A DNA stretch of 44,659 bases, taken from NCBI RefSeq assembly GCF_001194135.2, contig NC_068997.1:8341351-8386009 (forward strand). The letters are read 5' to 3'. Within the stretch, counting starts at the first letter, position 1; the number at the start of each line of letters is the position of its first letter. The notes beneath the pieces were generated by a model that was given only the letters and a program-made list of their open reading frames with translations, was not told the DNA's origin and did not search any database. The position numbers and the translations under genes were made by a program. This DNA comes from Octopus bimaculoides. Lineage: Eukaryota. This document shows, one piece after another, positions 10,929 to 23,297 of this stretch.

Positions 10929-11682
10929 TTACTTTACTAAAATTCCCTTCAATTTATTAGAAAATCCTCCTGTTAATTTAATTTTGTTGGGTATCCTTTC
11001 TTTAGGCAATGTCTTTCTTTTAAAAATTAAAAAAGTTGGCAGTTTTGTGCCACCAGTGCAGCATACCAATACAACTGTGTGTCTTTTCATGGTCACATGT
11101 TTTAACATTTTAACAGTCACAGTTTTGGCACCCTTGCATTCTACCATCTTGTTTGCTGCCATATCAAATGTCAAAGAGACTTCATCTTTATATACTGTCT
11201 ATGAAAGTTCAAAATTAACTACTTTTCTTGCATTAATGACATACTTGTGAAACTTAAGTATTTAGTCTCTGTATTCAGGGGACATTTTTTTGGTGCTATT
11301 TTTGTCCTAGCCCTCATACAGACGTTATTTCACCTCATAAATCTGGAGCATCCTGATATCTCTATCCATTACCATAAATCTTGAATGGTACATCATCATT
11401 TTAGCAGATAACTGAAAAGCCTGATCATCTTTGATCTAAAACCCATGTTTTTAATTCTTCTTTTAGCTCAGGCCACTTTACAACTCCCTTACAGAGGCAG
11501 TGTTTGCTATGTTTAGCAACTTTCTGTTGCTCCTTTTGTTCCTTCCAAGTCCTTACCATTTTCTCAGTTGGTAGTGGACCAAAATACGAAGCAGCTGCCC
11601 TATTAGCATGGTCTTTTGCATATACTGTGACATCTGGTTTAAATTTGGTGTTATAACAGTGCCTTTTTTGTTTTTCAGCCAT
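10929..11682 (-). pseudogene. pogo-family DNA transposase remnant (Brinker-type DBD, CENP-B-type HTH, start of DDE domain; POGK-like architecture)
   Basis: Track ORFs 11425-11682 (KRHCYNTKFK...NRAAASYFG...EKMVRTWK...KWPELKEELKTWV) and 10929-11174 (TFDM...KGAKTV...TVVLVCCTGGTKLPTFLIFKRKTLPK); intervening region has stops and frameshifts. Confidence 0.85.
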
Positions 11683-13301
11683 GGGTTTGGACTCTGTATG
11701 AAATTTACCGTAAATAAACTTACCAGTATGTTATGGGAAACTGTACCCCTACTCTTGCCACCTCTCAGATCAGCTGTATAGTTGTTTTATATTTTGAGCA
11801 AGAGAATTGCAATACAGGATGTGAAACTCGTATATTTGGATGTGATGTTTTGTGTTACCATGACAGGCCACAATGTGGAAAATATGAAGAAAAAGGATTA
11901 AAAGAGCCAAACACAAATGAATGACCAAGAAAAGAACACAACAGGAAGGAGGGGTCTGTTGTAAAAGTGAAGCCTCTGACACATCGTCTGATCTGATCAT
12001 TGCAAATGGCTGCCATTTCTAGGAGCATTTTTCATTTAGATAATGAACAAATGTTTCTTAAAGGTAACCCAGTCATTAAATAATGCATACATATATCAGG
12101 TGTGGGTTATGTATGTTGGGGAAGGAGGTAAGTGAGATGATATGAGCTTCCCTCATAACTGTCGACATATTGTAAGCAATTTCTCTTAAGTTTGTGATAA
12201 CAGACTGTGATAATTCGGCTTGTTTTCAATATTTCATTATTAATAACACAATTTACTGTAATTTGGCTTGTTTTGCATTATTTTATTATTAGCAACAATT
12301 TTCATGCCTAGCAAACTTACCCAGTNNNNNNNNNNNNNNNNNNNNNNNNNNNNNNNNNNNNNNNNNNNNNNNNNNNNNNNNNNNNNNNNNNNNNNNNNNN
12401 NNNNNNNNNNNNNNNNNNNNNNNNNNNNNNNNNNNNNNNNNNNNNNNNNNNNNNNNNNNNNNNNNNNNNNNNNNNNNNNNNNNNNNNNNNNNNNNNNNNN
12501 NNNNNNNNNNNNNNNNNNNNNNNNNNNNNNNNNNNNNNNNNNNNNNNNNNNNNNNNNNNNNNNNNNNNNNNNNNNNNNNNNNNNNNNNNNNNNNNNNNNN
12601 NNNNNNNNNNNNNNNNNNNNNNNNNNNNNNNNNNNNNNNNNNNNNNNNNNNNNNNNNNNNNNNNNNNNNNNNNNNNNNNNNNNNNNNNNNNNNNNNNNNN
12701 NNNNNNNNNNNNNNNNNNNNNNNNNNNNNNNNNNNNNNNNNNNNNNNNNNNNNNNNNNNNNNNNNNNNNNNNNNNNNNNNNNNNNNNNNNNNNNNNNNNN
12801 NNNNNNNNNNNNNNNNNNNNNNNNNNNNNNNNNNNNNNNNNNNNNNNNNNNNNNNNNNNNNNNNNNNNNNNNNNNNNNNNNNNNNNNNNNNNNNNNNNNN
12901 NNNNNNNNNNNNNNNNNNNNNNNNNNNNNNNNNNNNNNNNNNNNNNNNNNNNNNNNNNNNNNNNNNNNNNNNNNNNNNNNNNNNNNNNNNNNNNNNNNNN
13001 NNNNNNNNNNNNNNNNNNNNNNNNNNNNNNNNNNNNNNNNNNNNNNNNNNNNNNNNNNNNNNNNNNNNNNNNNNNNNNNNNNNNNNNNNNNNNNNNNNNN
13101 NNNNNNNNNNNNNNNNNNNNNNNNNNNNNNNNNNNNNATCAGAAATAATTAAGATTGAGTTGAATTAGGTACTTAAGTTGAGGCACCGAGTCAGTCCAGT
13201 ATTATCCACACAGTTTGAAGTAAGGGGAATAAAAAGCAAATAAGAAACAAGGATGTCAATATGGCTGTTTCATAGGGCTCCATTTAATCGAACAATGCAA
13301 A

Positions 13302-13699
13302 CATCATCATCATCATCATCATCGTTTAACGTCCGCTTTCCATGCTAGCATGGGTTGGACGATTTGACTGAGGACTGGTGAAACCGGATGGCAACACCAG
13401 GCTCCAGTCTGATTTGGCAGAGTTTCTACAGCTGGATGCCCTTCCTAACGCCAACCACTCAGAGAGTGTAGTGGGTGCTTTTACGTGTCACCCGCACGAA
13501 AACGGCCACGCTCGAAATGGTGTCTTTTATNNNNNNNNNNNNNNNNNNNNNNNNNNNNNNNNNNNNNNNNNNNNNNNNNNNNNGCCTCGGTGAGGCCCAA
13601 TGTATGAAGGTCTTGCCTCACCACCTCAGCCCAGGTCTTCCTGGGCCTACCTCTTCCACGGGTTCCCTCAACTGTTAGGGTGTGGCACTTTTTCACGCT
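13302..13699 (-). mobile_element. RTE LINE 3' end: ORF C-terminus, 3'UTR and (ATG)n tail
   Basis: ORF 13481-13696 KKCHTLTVEGTRGRGRPRKTWAEVVRQDLHTLGLTE is the RTE-type C-terminal motif and runs through a short gap into the tail consensus. Confidence 0.9.
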
Positions 13700-13846
13700 A
13701 CATCAATTTGAAAGATAGCGGTGTATTTCAAATTGATGTGATGCTTGCATTGTTCAATTAAATGAAGCCACCTGAAACGGCCGTATGGCATTAATACTTT
13801 GACATACTTGTTACTTATTTGCTATATATATATATATATATATATA

Positions 13847-14020
13847 TCTCATCATCATCATCATCTTCATTTAATGTCGTCTATGCTGGCATGGGTTGGA
13901 CAGTTTGACCAAAGCTGGTGAGCTGTACCTGGTTCCCGTCTGATTTAGCATGGTTTTCTATGGCTGGATGCCCTTCCTAACACCAACCGCTTTACAGAGT
14001 GTGCCGGGTGCCTTTATGTG
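13847..14020 (-). mobile_element. RTE-tailed SINE
   Basis: (cat)n + gctggcatgggttggacagtttgacc...ggctggatgcccttcctaacaccaacc. Confidence 0.8.
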
Positions 14021-14642
14021 GCATCACGCAATCACTTTTATTGTAGACTTTCACAGGAGAGTAGGCTGAGGGGATACTACAGAATTGTTGACGTTGTTGC
14101 TGTTATTGTTAATACAGCAGATGTTTTGCAGTTGAATTACCTTCTTCATAATAATTTAACCAGGAAATGAAAGTGTTTGTACACAGCGTGTGTGTATGCA
14201 CGTGCGTACAAGGTGTGTATATGTGTGTGTGTAGGAAGGAGGAGAAGAATTATCGCTGGTAAACTGCAATTAATCAAGCTTATATACAACAATATTATTT
14301 TATTTAAATTTATTATACTTCCGAGGTTGTCTCCCTTACTTCTCATTTTTTTAACCAGAGCGTGTCATTAAAATTCAGATTAACGGGGTTGTCTCCCTTG
14401 TCCCCATTTTTTTTCTTTTTCATCATTAAAATATTTTGATTTAACAATAAGTAATTAAAATTTCTCAGTTTACCACACCATGTATGTTATCATCCACTTT
14501 TCTATTGATTATTTAAACTAATCAAACTTTACTAAACCACTGAACCAGGAAACTTATGTTGTTAGTATTTAACCCCAGGTCAGCTCTGAGTGAGTAGACC
14601 GTCTGATCAAAGACAAATGATCTGTAACACTCTTATTCACTC

Positions 14643-14683
<41 letters not shown>

Positions 14684-14746
14684 AAACGATGTCTGAAATG
14701 TTGAATAGTCTATATTTGTGATTTTTTTAAAGAAGACAGAGTGTGA

Positions 14747-14748
<2 letters not shown>

Positions 14749-14821
<73 letters not shown>
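14749..14821. repeat. (TG)n microsatellite
   Basis: Direct reading. Confidence 0.95.
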
Positions 14822-14823
<2 letters not shown>

Positions 14824-15370
14824 TGATTATTGGTGAACAAAAATATTGGTTACTGGTTTTCAACTGGCCAACATGTTTTGGTAGCTGCAGTGACAAGGAA
14901 GTGCATGTAACTCACAACAGAACAAACATCATAACTGACTTTATTAAAAAAAAAAAAGAAACAATAAACACTCTAGTTGTTTTAGTTTTCTCTCCAATGT
15001 TTATCTCCCAGTCCAAAATAGAGAGACAGAGAGACACAGAGATGGGTGGTGGGGTAGACATGAAGCAGTAACACCTGTCCACAGCTGTTCTTTTGTCTCC
15101 AGACAATCAGAATGTTTTTACTTAGTGAAGTTTCAATCTTGGTGAGTTCTTGATTCTTGATATTATATTGCCTTCTCATTTGGAGTTGATGCCAATTGCC
15201 ACAAGGCATTTCTCTATTCTTTTGTCAAAGGGAAGGTTGTTTCTTTGAGGAACCAAGAATTAATCAGACATGGTAGCTGATATCTCCTTGATTCATTTGT
15301 TTCTATTTTATACATCCATGCCACTAGCATCTCCGAGTAACTTCTCTTATGTCATTCTCCTATACGTACG

Positions 15371-15426
15371 TACATACATACATACATACATACATACATA
15401 CATACATACATACATACATACATACA

Positions 15427-15455
<29 letters not shown>
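15371..15455. repeat. (TACA)n microsatellite
   Basis: Direct reading. Confidence 0.95.
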
Positions 15456-15457
<2 letters not shown>

Positions 15458-15844
15458 GTATGTACGTATGTGTGTGTGCATGCACATTCATACATGTATA
15501 CACACACATACGCATGACTGATTTCTGCATAATTCCCACCTACCAAATTCCATTTGAAAGATATTGGTCTGTGTGGCACCATGTTAGCTGAGATTTACCC
15601 AGAGTGCCCACCTTGTAGGGATCATATACAGGACCACACAACTTCAAACTGATCTTAATCATACAATTATGCCTGAGGGAAATTTTGACTATTATTTTTA
15701 GCAGGTCAGGTCAGGTCACCACAGAGCAGCTGCCCTGTTGTTGTTTAGCATCAGTTCAGTCCTGATGATCAAAAGCATCCCACCTGTAGTATCTTGTCAT
15801 TATCTTCTTTTTTTTCATTTTCATCAGGTTTTGTATATCTAGGA

Positions 15845-15998
15845 CTATACCATGGGTTCAGTTCCACTGTGCAGCACAATGAGCAAGTGTCTCTGATACG
15901 GCACTGAACTGACCAATGCTTTGTGAGTGAATTTGATACATGAAAAATGTGCAAGCCTATCTATAGGTATGTATGTTTGTATGTGTGTGAGTGTGTGT

Positions 15999-16056
<58 letters not shown>

Positions 16057-16245
16057 TTAGTGTTTGTCTCCCACCATCACTTGACAACCAATGTTGGTTT
16101 GTTTATATCCCTGTAACTCAGTTGTGTGGCAAAATAGACTGACAGAATTAAAAAATAAGTACTGGAGCCAATTCATGCAATTAAAAGTTCTTCAAAGCTG
16201 TGCCCCAGTATGGCCAGAGTGTAATAAGTGAAACAAATGAAGCTA
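15845..16245 (+). mobile_element. Degenerate tRNA/Nin-domain SINE with internal (TG)n
   Basis: Colinear with 41667-42070 (catgggttcagttccactg, gaccaatgctttgtgagtgaatttg, cacttgacaacc, ccccagtatggcc). Confidence 0.75.
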
Positions 16246-16309
16246 AAGCCAAATGACCTGCTTATGATCCAATACATTATGCTTCCCTTAATAATTCTTG
16301 GGTACAATA

Positions 16310-16510
16310 AGGGTGGTGAACTGGCAGAGCCATTAGAGTAACAAACAAAATTCCTTGTGGCTTTTAGTTGCAGTTCATTATGATCCGAGTTCAAATCCCG
16401 CTGAAGACAGCTTTGTCTTTCGTCCTTATGGGGTCGATAACATAAAATACCTGCCAAGTATTTGGGTTGATGCAATCAATTGAACCCCTTGAAACTCCTG
16501 ACCTAAATTA
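16310..16510 (+). mobile_element. tRNA-derived SINE, degenerate
   Basis: ggtggtgaactggcagag...gagttcaaatccc...ggggtcgataa, same family as 38534-38760. Confidence 0.75.
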
Positions 16511-17189
16511 GAAACAGTTCTCTTTCCTCCTCATTCTATTTAAATGAATTTTCCACCTCTGTATTTTAATCTTCTTCATCTATCATTCAGTGGAAGGCTA
16601 TTCTCCCAAAATCTTTGCTCTGTCTGTCTATATGTATGTGTGTGTGTGTGTGTGTTTAACTAATCAACAGCAAGGAAAGTTTTAATTGCTATTGTGATTA
16701 TCAAGTTGCCTGTCTAATTAGTAAATGGACCAGCTCTCACATCATACTTCATACTTTTTATCCCCTAAAGTTAATAATTCACCCATTGATTAACATATTG
16801 ATTTCTCACACTGGCACAACCTACAAATTTGTTGATTCTAATCCTAGGGTTTGGACTTTATAATCAATTAAATCAACAAAGACTGGCACTTATTTTATTA
16901 AATTCTGTGGCAGTGGGGGTGGGTGGTGGGTGGGGGGATAAAAAGATGAAGTGAATCCGTGCAAGATTGAACTCTGGATTTAAAGGATGAGGACTAAATT
17001 CTACAAAGCACGTAATCTGGTTCTCTACCACTTCTACCATTTCACTCTGGCCATTTTGTTAATTTATGAGCCAATGAAAGAGCCTCTACACGGTACACTT
17101 GGCCTGCTAGAAATAACAGCCAATTCTCTCTCAAATTACATATTACCTGAAATGGGAGGACACACTGGACAGCGTAAGCTTAGGCATGC

Positions 17190-17290
17190 AAATAGTCATG
17201 GCTGGAATGCCTGTCATCAAAAATGATCATGGCTGGAATGCCTGTCATCAAATATTTGCTTGATCCGGACTGACATGAAGCTAAACACTA
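17190..17290 (-). repeat. Short interspersed repeat with an internal 31-bp tandem duplication
   Basis: tcatggctggaatgcctgtcatcaaa occurs at 17196 and 17227; related degenerate pieces at about 14570-14625 and 15740-15790. Confidence 0.6.
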
Positions 17291-17804
17291 GCAGCACCAA
17301 CAACACTAGCAATAACATCAATACAACAGCTTCCTCTGTTATGTCTACCACCATCATGCAATATCAAAGTGTAATCTGATGAGTTAAAGTAAGTGGGGGG
17401 GGGGGGCTTTACATGATCACTCAATCTACAAGAAATAGCAGCCAAATTTCTTGAATTACTCTCTGGCTGAAGAATACATTGGTCAATGTAGTCCAACATA
17501 GACAAAAGGAGCCAATATGGTTATAGCTGAATTGTCTTTGACCGTAAATCTACTCAATCAGATCTAAACTGCAAAATGTCAATATATTGACAAGAAATTA
17601 AGAGAGAGAAATCCATCACAGTTCACATCACTCCGGTTCAACTGATCCATGCTCTTTTCGTGATCTTGCTGGAATGTTCGGTACCAGTATGTCTTCTTTC
17701 TGTTTCCCTTTAACCAGTGCCATGACTCAGTCTGCCATCTTCATTAGACAGAAGGTTGTAGAAGATGGTAGTGTCAGTATCTAACTTGATGGAACCTTTT
17801 TTGC

Positions 17805-18762
17805 CTGAGCTTGCTTCTTACAAAAGTTGATTTAGCACATTTATCAAGGCCAAAGTTCATCCCGATGTCATAACTAAATTCTTTAACAGTTGTCAGCAGC
17901 ACTACTAGCTCTTGGTCATTTCTAGGGAACAGCTTCAGATGGTCCATTTAAAAAAGATGGTTTATTGTCGTATTGTAAACTTTGAACCCATACCTGGTGT
18001 TATTCAGTTCGTTTGAGAGTGGGGTCAGTGCAGTGCAAAAGAGTAATGGGGAGAAGGAGCCACCTTGATAGATGCCTTGTTTGATGTTGATGTTGTTAGA
18101 TTGGCTCATCCCATTACTATGGTGTTGAAGGAAACGTGTGTTCCATTGGATCATGCTACCTTGTAAGAATTTGGAGATGACAGGAGAGATCTTACGTATC
18201 CCAAGGGCCTTGAGTATCCAATTATGTGGGACATTATCAAACGCTTTCCTGTAGTCTATCCATGCTATATTCAGGTTCTTCTTGTGGTTCCGGCAATTTT
18301 CTACAATCATATCATTTATTAGTGATTGATCTTTGCACTTGTAAGAATTCATTTTACAGCTTTTGGAACTTGTGGAAGGATAGAGTTCTGTTCAAGGAAA
18401 GTGCATATTCTGTCAGGTAATATGGATGTGAGGATCTTGTAGGTGGTTGCTGAGACATGTTATTGGTCAGTAGTTCTTTGAATTTCTTGTGTCTTCAGTT
18501 TTTGGTAGAAGGTATGTTGTTCCTTCAGTTAGCCAGGCAGGTATTTACTTTGGGTTCTGGATGACATCAGTCAGAGATGCAGCGAAATTTTGGTGCACTT
18601 CTCTCAGATAATTTTGCCAGAAGTTAGGAATTCAGTCCAGTCCTGGGATTTTCCATTTGTGAGACTTCCTAGGAACACATCTTAGAGCTCTTCTATTCCT
18701 ATTGCCTCCCATTTCTGCTCTTCAACTTCATCCAGTCTCACTTTCTTATGCTCCATCCAGTC
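17805..18762 (-). pseudogene. R4/Dong-clade LINE reverse transcriptase remnant (domains 0-6)
   Basis: RKSHKWKIPGLD*IPNFWQ, WLTEGTTYLLPK, ORF 17948-18352 (WIDYRKAFDNVPHNWI, GIYQGGSFSPLLFC), then HLF*MDHLKLF (decayed YMDD box) and FGLDKCAK. Confidence 0.9.
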
Positions 18763-18957
18763 TTCGGAAATACTCCATCCTCAGTGGCTCTTTCATTTCC
18801 TTTTCCATTATCTCATTGAACTCTAGTACACCGAGGTATTTGTATCCATCCATTTCAATTTGCTTAATCAAGTCTCTATTTGGTAATTCTATCCCTGCTA
18901 GGGATTCTACCTTGCTTCTTTTTAGGTAAATTACTCTGCACTTTTGAGTCCAAATCC

Positions 18958-18960
<3 letters not shown>
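18757..18960 (-). pseudogene. Second R4/Dong-clade RT fragment (domains 6-7), directly abutting (AAT)n
   Basis: Minus translation gives CRVIYLKRSKVESLAGIELPNRDLIKQIEMDGYKYLGVLEFNEIMEKEMKEPLRMEYFRRL, preceded across a frameshift by GFGLK. Confidence 0.8.
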
Positions 18961-19010
<50 letters not shown>

Positions 19011-19301
19011 AACCTTTTGTAACCTTCGTCCTGTCTTTGTCCTTACATGTTTTTAATTGATATTAGCCCTTGTGGCCAATAAAACGAATTAATTATTATT
19101 ATTATTATTGTTGTTGTTATTATCATCATCATCATTATCATCATCATCATCATCATCTTCATTATTATTTTCTTCTAAATTCTGATTAAAATTTCCAATA
19201 GTAAATCTGTAAATCTGCAGTAAATATATTAGTAACCCCATTTTCCTTCCCTTGAAGTGTGCAGACCTTTGCTGCAGCTACAGTTTCTTCTTCTTCTACC
19301 A

Positions 19302-19355
<54 letters not shown>

Positions 19356-19579
19356 AAAGATAGCATTGCAATAAAAAGAAAAGAAAGGTTGGAAAAAAAT
19401 AACCTAATTTTCTGGAAAGCGCTGTGGCTTTGATAAGAAATCTCAATACTTATCTATTTCTTCAAACAACCGAGTCTGTTTTCCTTTTGATGGCAAATAA
19501 AACCAGATGAATATTTTAGCAATTTATTTTATTGAGTTTTCATTTCCAGTACTAATTACTTTTTTCTCCAGGTCAGATT

Positions 19580-19658
<79 letters not shown>

Positions 19659-19793
19659 CATTATTATTATTATTATTATTATTATCATCATTATCATCAT
19701 CATCATCATTATTATTATTATAAAATTCTTTGAACTACTATAACTGTTTTCTTATATTTTTCTTTTAATAAAATCTATCTATCTATCTATCTT

Positions 19794-19841
<48 letters not shown>

Positions 19842-19842
19842 C

Positions 19843-19886
<44 letters not shown>

Positions 19887-19929
19887 CTCTATCTATCTAT
19901 GTATCTTCTCTATCTATCTATGTATCTTC

Positions 19930-19979
<50 letters not shown>
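19580..19979. repeat. Compound microsatellites (GAT)n-(ATT)n-(CAT)n, then (ATCT)n running into a gap
   Basis: Direct reading. Confidence 0.95.
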
Positions 19980-20785
19980 NNNNNNNNNNNNNNNNNNNNN
20001 NNNNNNNNNNNNNNNNNNNNNNNNNNNNNNNNNNNNNNNNNNNNNNNNNNNNNNNNNNNNNNNNNNNNNNNNNNNNNNNNNNNNNNNNNNNNNNNNNNNN
20101 NNNNNNNNNNNNNNNNNNNNNNNNNNNNNNNNNNNNNNNNNNNNNNNNNNNNNNNNNNNNNNNNNNNNNNNNNNNNNNNNNNATGTGTATGTATGTATGT
20201 ATGTATGTATGTATGTATGCATGCATGCATGCATGTATGTATGTATGTATGTATGTATGTATGTATGTGTGTGTGTATATAAATATATCTGATACTGTCT
20301 CAACCAATCGCCTCTTTTCTATGCATTCTCGTCCCTTTGCTGTTCTCCATCATCAACACCTTGCTTCCTTCTTCCAGCAATCATCCTCAGTGCCCTCTCA
20401 TATCTACTGCAATCCCTGCTCCCAAGCCTCTCCTATATTTTCTCACCATCATTTGTTACAGTCACTCCCAATCCTATCCACTCCCCTAGCTCAAACCTCT
20501 GTGTCACCCCCACCTATTCTCACCNNNNNNNNNNCCAATTTCCCTCAAGAGTATGCCCTGACACATCTTTGCCATCATCTCTCTCATTATTACTCTCTTT
20601 ATCTTACTCTCTCATTCACCCTCCTCTCTTCTGCACATGTCTCTACAACAAGGCACCTACACCTGTCCTTCTATATCAGTCATCTCTCAACTGGCACAAA
20701 GTGATAATTTTTCAGATTTACTTAATTTTTTCACATATTTCATCAAATATCTCTTTAGAAAGCAAGAATCAAAGACTTTTAGCAG

Positions 20786-20837
<52 letters not shown>

Positions 20838-21095
20838 TTAACACCTGTTTTTCATGCTGGCATGGGTTGGATGGTTTGACTGAGGACTGGTGAACCAGAT
20901 GGCTACACCAGGCTCCAATCTGATCTGGCAATGTTTCTACAGCTGGATGCCGTTCCTAATGCCAACCACTCTGAGAGCATAGTGGGTGCTTTTTACATGC
21001 CACCGATACAGGAGCCAGTCAGGCAGTACTGGCATCAACCACATTTGGATGGTGCTTTTTATGTGCCACCGGCATGGGGAGCCAGTCAGTTAGCA
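20786..21095 (-). mobile_element. RTE-tailed SINE
   Basis: (cat)n + catgctggcatgggttggatggtttgactgaggactggtgaaccagatggc..., same family as 931 and 13302. Confidence 0.85.
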
Positions 21096-21289
21096 CTGGT
21101 AGATATGAAAATTGTATGTACGAAAGACATTGAAGGCTGAGTTCCTTTCGAGCATTGAACCTCATGGAAGCAAAGTGGTTGAGTTCCTTTCAAGTGTTGG
21201 GCCTCACAAAGGCAATGACTTTTGGGATTATGTTATGGATGAGAAGAAGCCCCGTCAAGCAAAATCCCCATCATGGCAGATACTTGTGT

Positions 21290-21525
21290 CACACAAATTG
21301 GTGCCATGTAAATGCACCCCAATGTCATGCAAACGGTATCCGTACCAGTGGCACCTAAAAGCACCCATTACATTCTTGGAGTGGTTAGCATTGGGAAGGG
21401 CATTCGGCCGGAGAAAACCATGCCAAATCAGACTGGAGTCTGGTGCAGCCTTCCAGCATGCTAGCCCAGTCAAACCGTCCAACCCATGCCAGCATGAAAA
21501 ACAGACATTAAATGATGATGGTGAT
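21290..21525 (+). mobile_element. RTE-tailed SINE, opposite orientation to 20786-21095
   Basis: aaagcacccattac...ccgtccaacccatgccagcatgaaaaacagacattaa(atg)n. Confidence 0.85.
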
Positions 21526-22491
21526 GTGATGATTTCAGAAGTAGAAAATACCAATTCTATTTTTTGTTGGATAATTAACATCATTACAGGAATGGCCATG
21601 AAATTTGATTTCCCATTCGGAGAGGTAAAGAGTCATCTCTGAGTATAAGTTATTTTTATTTAGTTTCTATTCTACTAGACAGGTTGCCTTACCGATACTT
21701 GTCAAAGCATTAAGGCTGCAGGAAAAAAAGGAAAAGGAAAAAATACATAGACAGGAAGCAAGGCATAAGAAAAGGGTTTTGTGGGAAAGCCAGGAGGGAA
21801 GGATGGACATAATATAAGCAAGGAGAAGGTGAGATGTGTGAGTCAGATGGACTTAAGTGAAAGTAGGATGAGATCTGCCAATTCTAAGAAGCAGAGGTTA
21901 TTGTAGTATTAGTAGAAGAGGTAGAATGAGAGGAAAGGGTATGCTTACGAGCCAGAGTGTGTGTGTGTGTGTGTAGGGGCACTCTATACCAATCAGCTAG
22001 GTGGACAAATCTCTCCTCAGCAAATTCCCAAAATAAGTTTAAATTAAGGGAAAATCTAGTAATTTAGAATTTCATTCACCCCAGTAATGCTTCAGCAATT
22101 ACAATTGTCTTCATCATGAAACAAACAATTCAAGGCTTCACAGAAGATATGCCCTACTATGGAACACACACACACGCATGTGCATGTGTGCACACACAAA
22201 CAGATCCACACACATACATACATATACATTATGTACACATCTTTATTTATATTAATGTATATAGATAGCTATAGATATATATGTATGTATTGCCTTCTCT
22301 CCCACTCTCTCTCTCTCTCACTCTCTCTCTCCCTCTCTCTCTCTCTCTCCCTCTCTCTCTCTCTCTCTCCCTCTCTCTAGATATATATATATTTGTGTGG
22401 GTATGTGTGTAGGTATATATATATATATATATATGTTTGTTTGTGTGTGAGTGTGTATACCTATAAACATATGCCTGAATACATGACTATG

Positions 22492-22530
<39 letters not shown>

Positions 22531-23233
22531 ATCTCACAATGACATCTTAAGATATTGAGTTACTTATAAGAAATTGTTATTTTCCAGAGCCAAAACCGTT
22601 AATCTGTAATTGTTCCAAAGTGGTATTGGTTTCCAAATGATATCAGTGGTGTTAGGAATGGTATGCCCAGCCATGGAAAACTTTTGCTTTTAACTGTTTG
22701 GATTCATTATCCATATATATATATATATATATATATANNNNNNNNNNNNNNNNNNNNNNNNNNNNNNNNNNNNNNNNNNNNNNNNNNNNNNNNNNNNNNN
22801 NNNNNNNNNNNNNNNNNNNNNNNNNNNNNNNNNNNNNNNNNNNNNNNNNNNNNNNNNNNNNNNNNNNNNNNNNNNNNNNNNNNNNNNNNNNNNNNNNNNN
22901 NNNNNNNNNNNNNNNNNNNNNNNNNNNNNNNNNNNNNNNNNNNNNNNNNNNNNNNNNNNNNNNNNNNNNNNNNNNNNNNNNNNNNNNNNNNNNNNNNNNN
23001 NNNNNNNNNNNNNNNNNNNNNNNNNNNNNNNNNNNNNNNNNNNNNNNNNNNNNNNNNNNNNNNNNNNNNNNNNNNNNNNNNNNNNNNNNNNNNNNNNNNN
23101 NNNNNNNNNNNNNNNNNNNNNNNNNNNNNNNNNNNNNNNNNNNNNNNNNNNNNNNNNNNNNNNNNNNNNNNNNNNNNNNNNNNNNNNNNNNNNNNNNNTA
23201 TATATATGTATGTACATAGATTCTCATGCCCCC

Positions 23234-23297
<64 letters not shown>

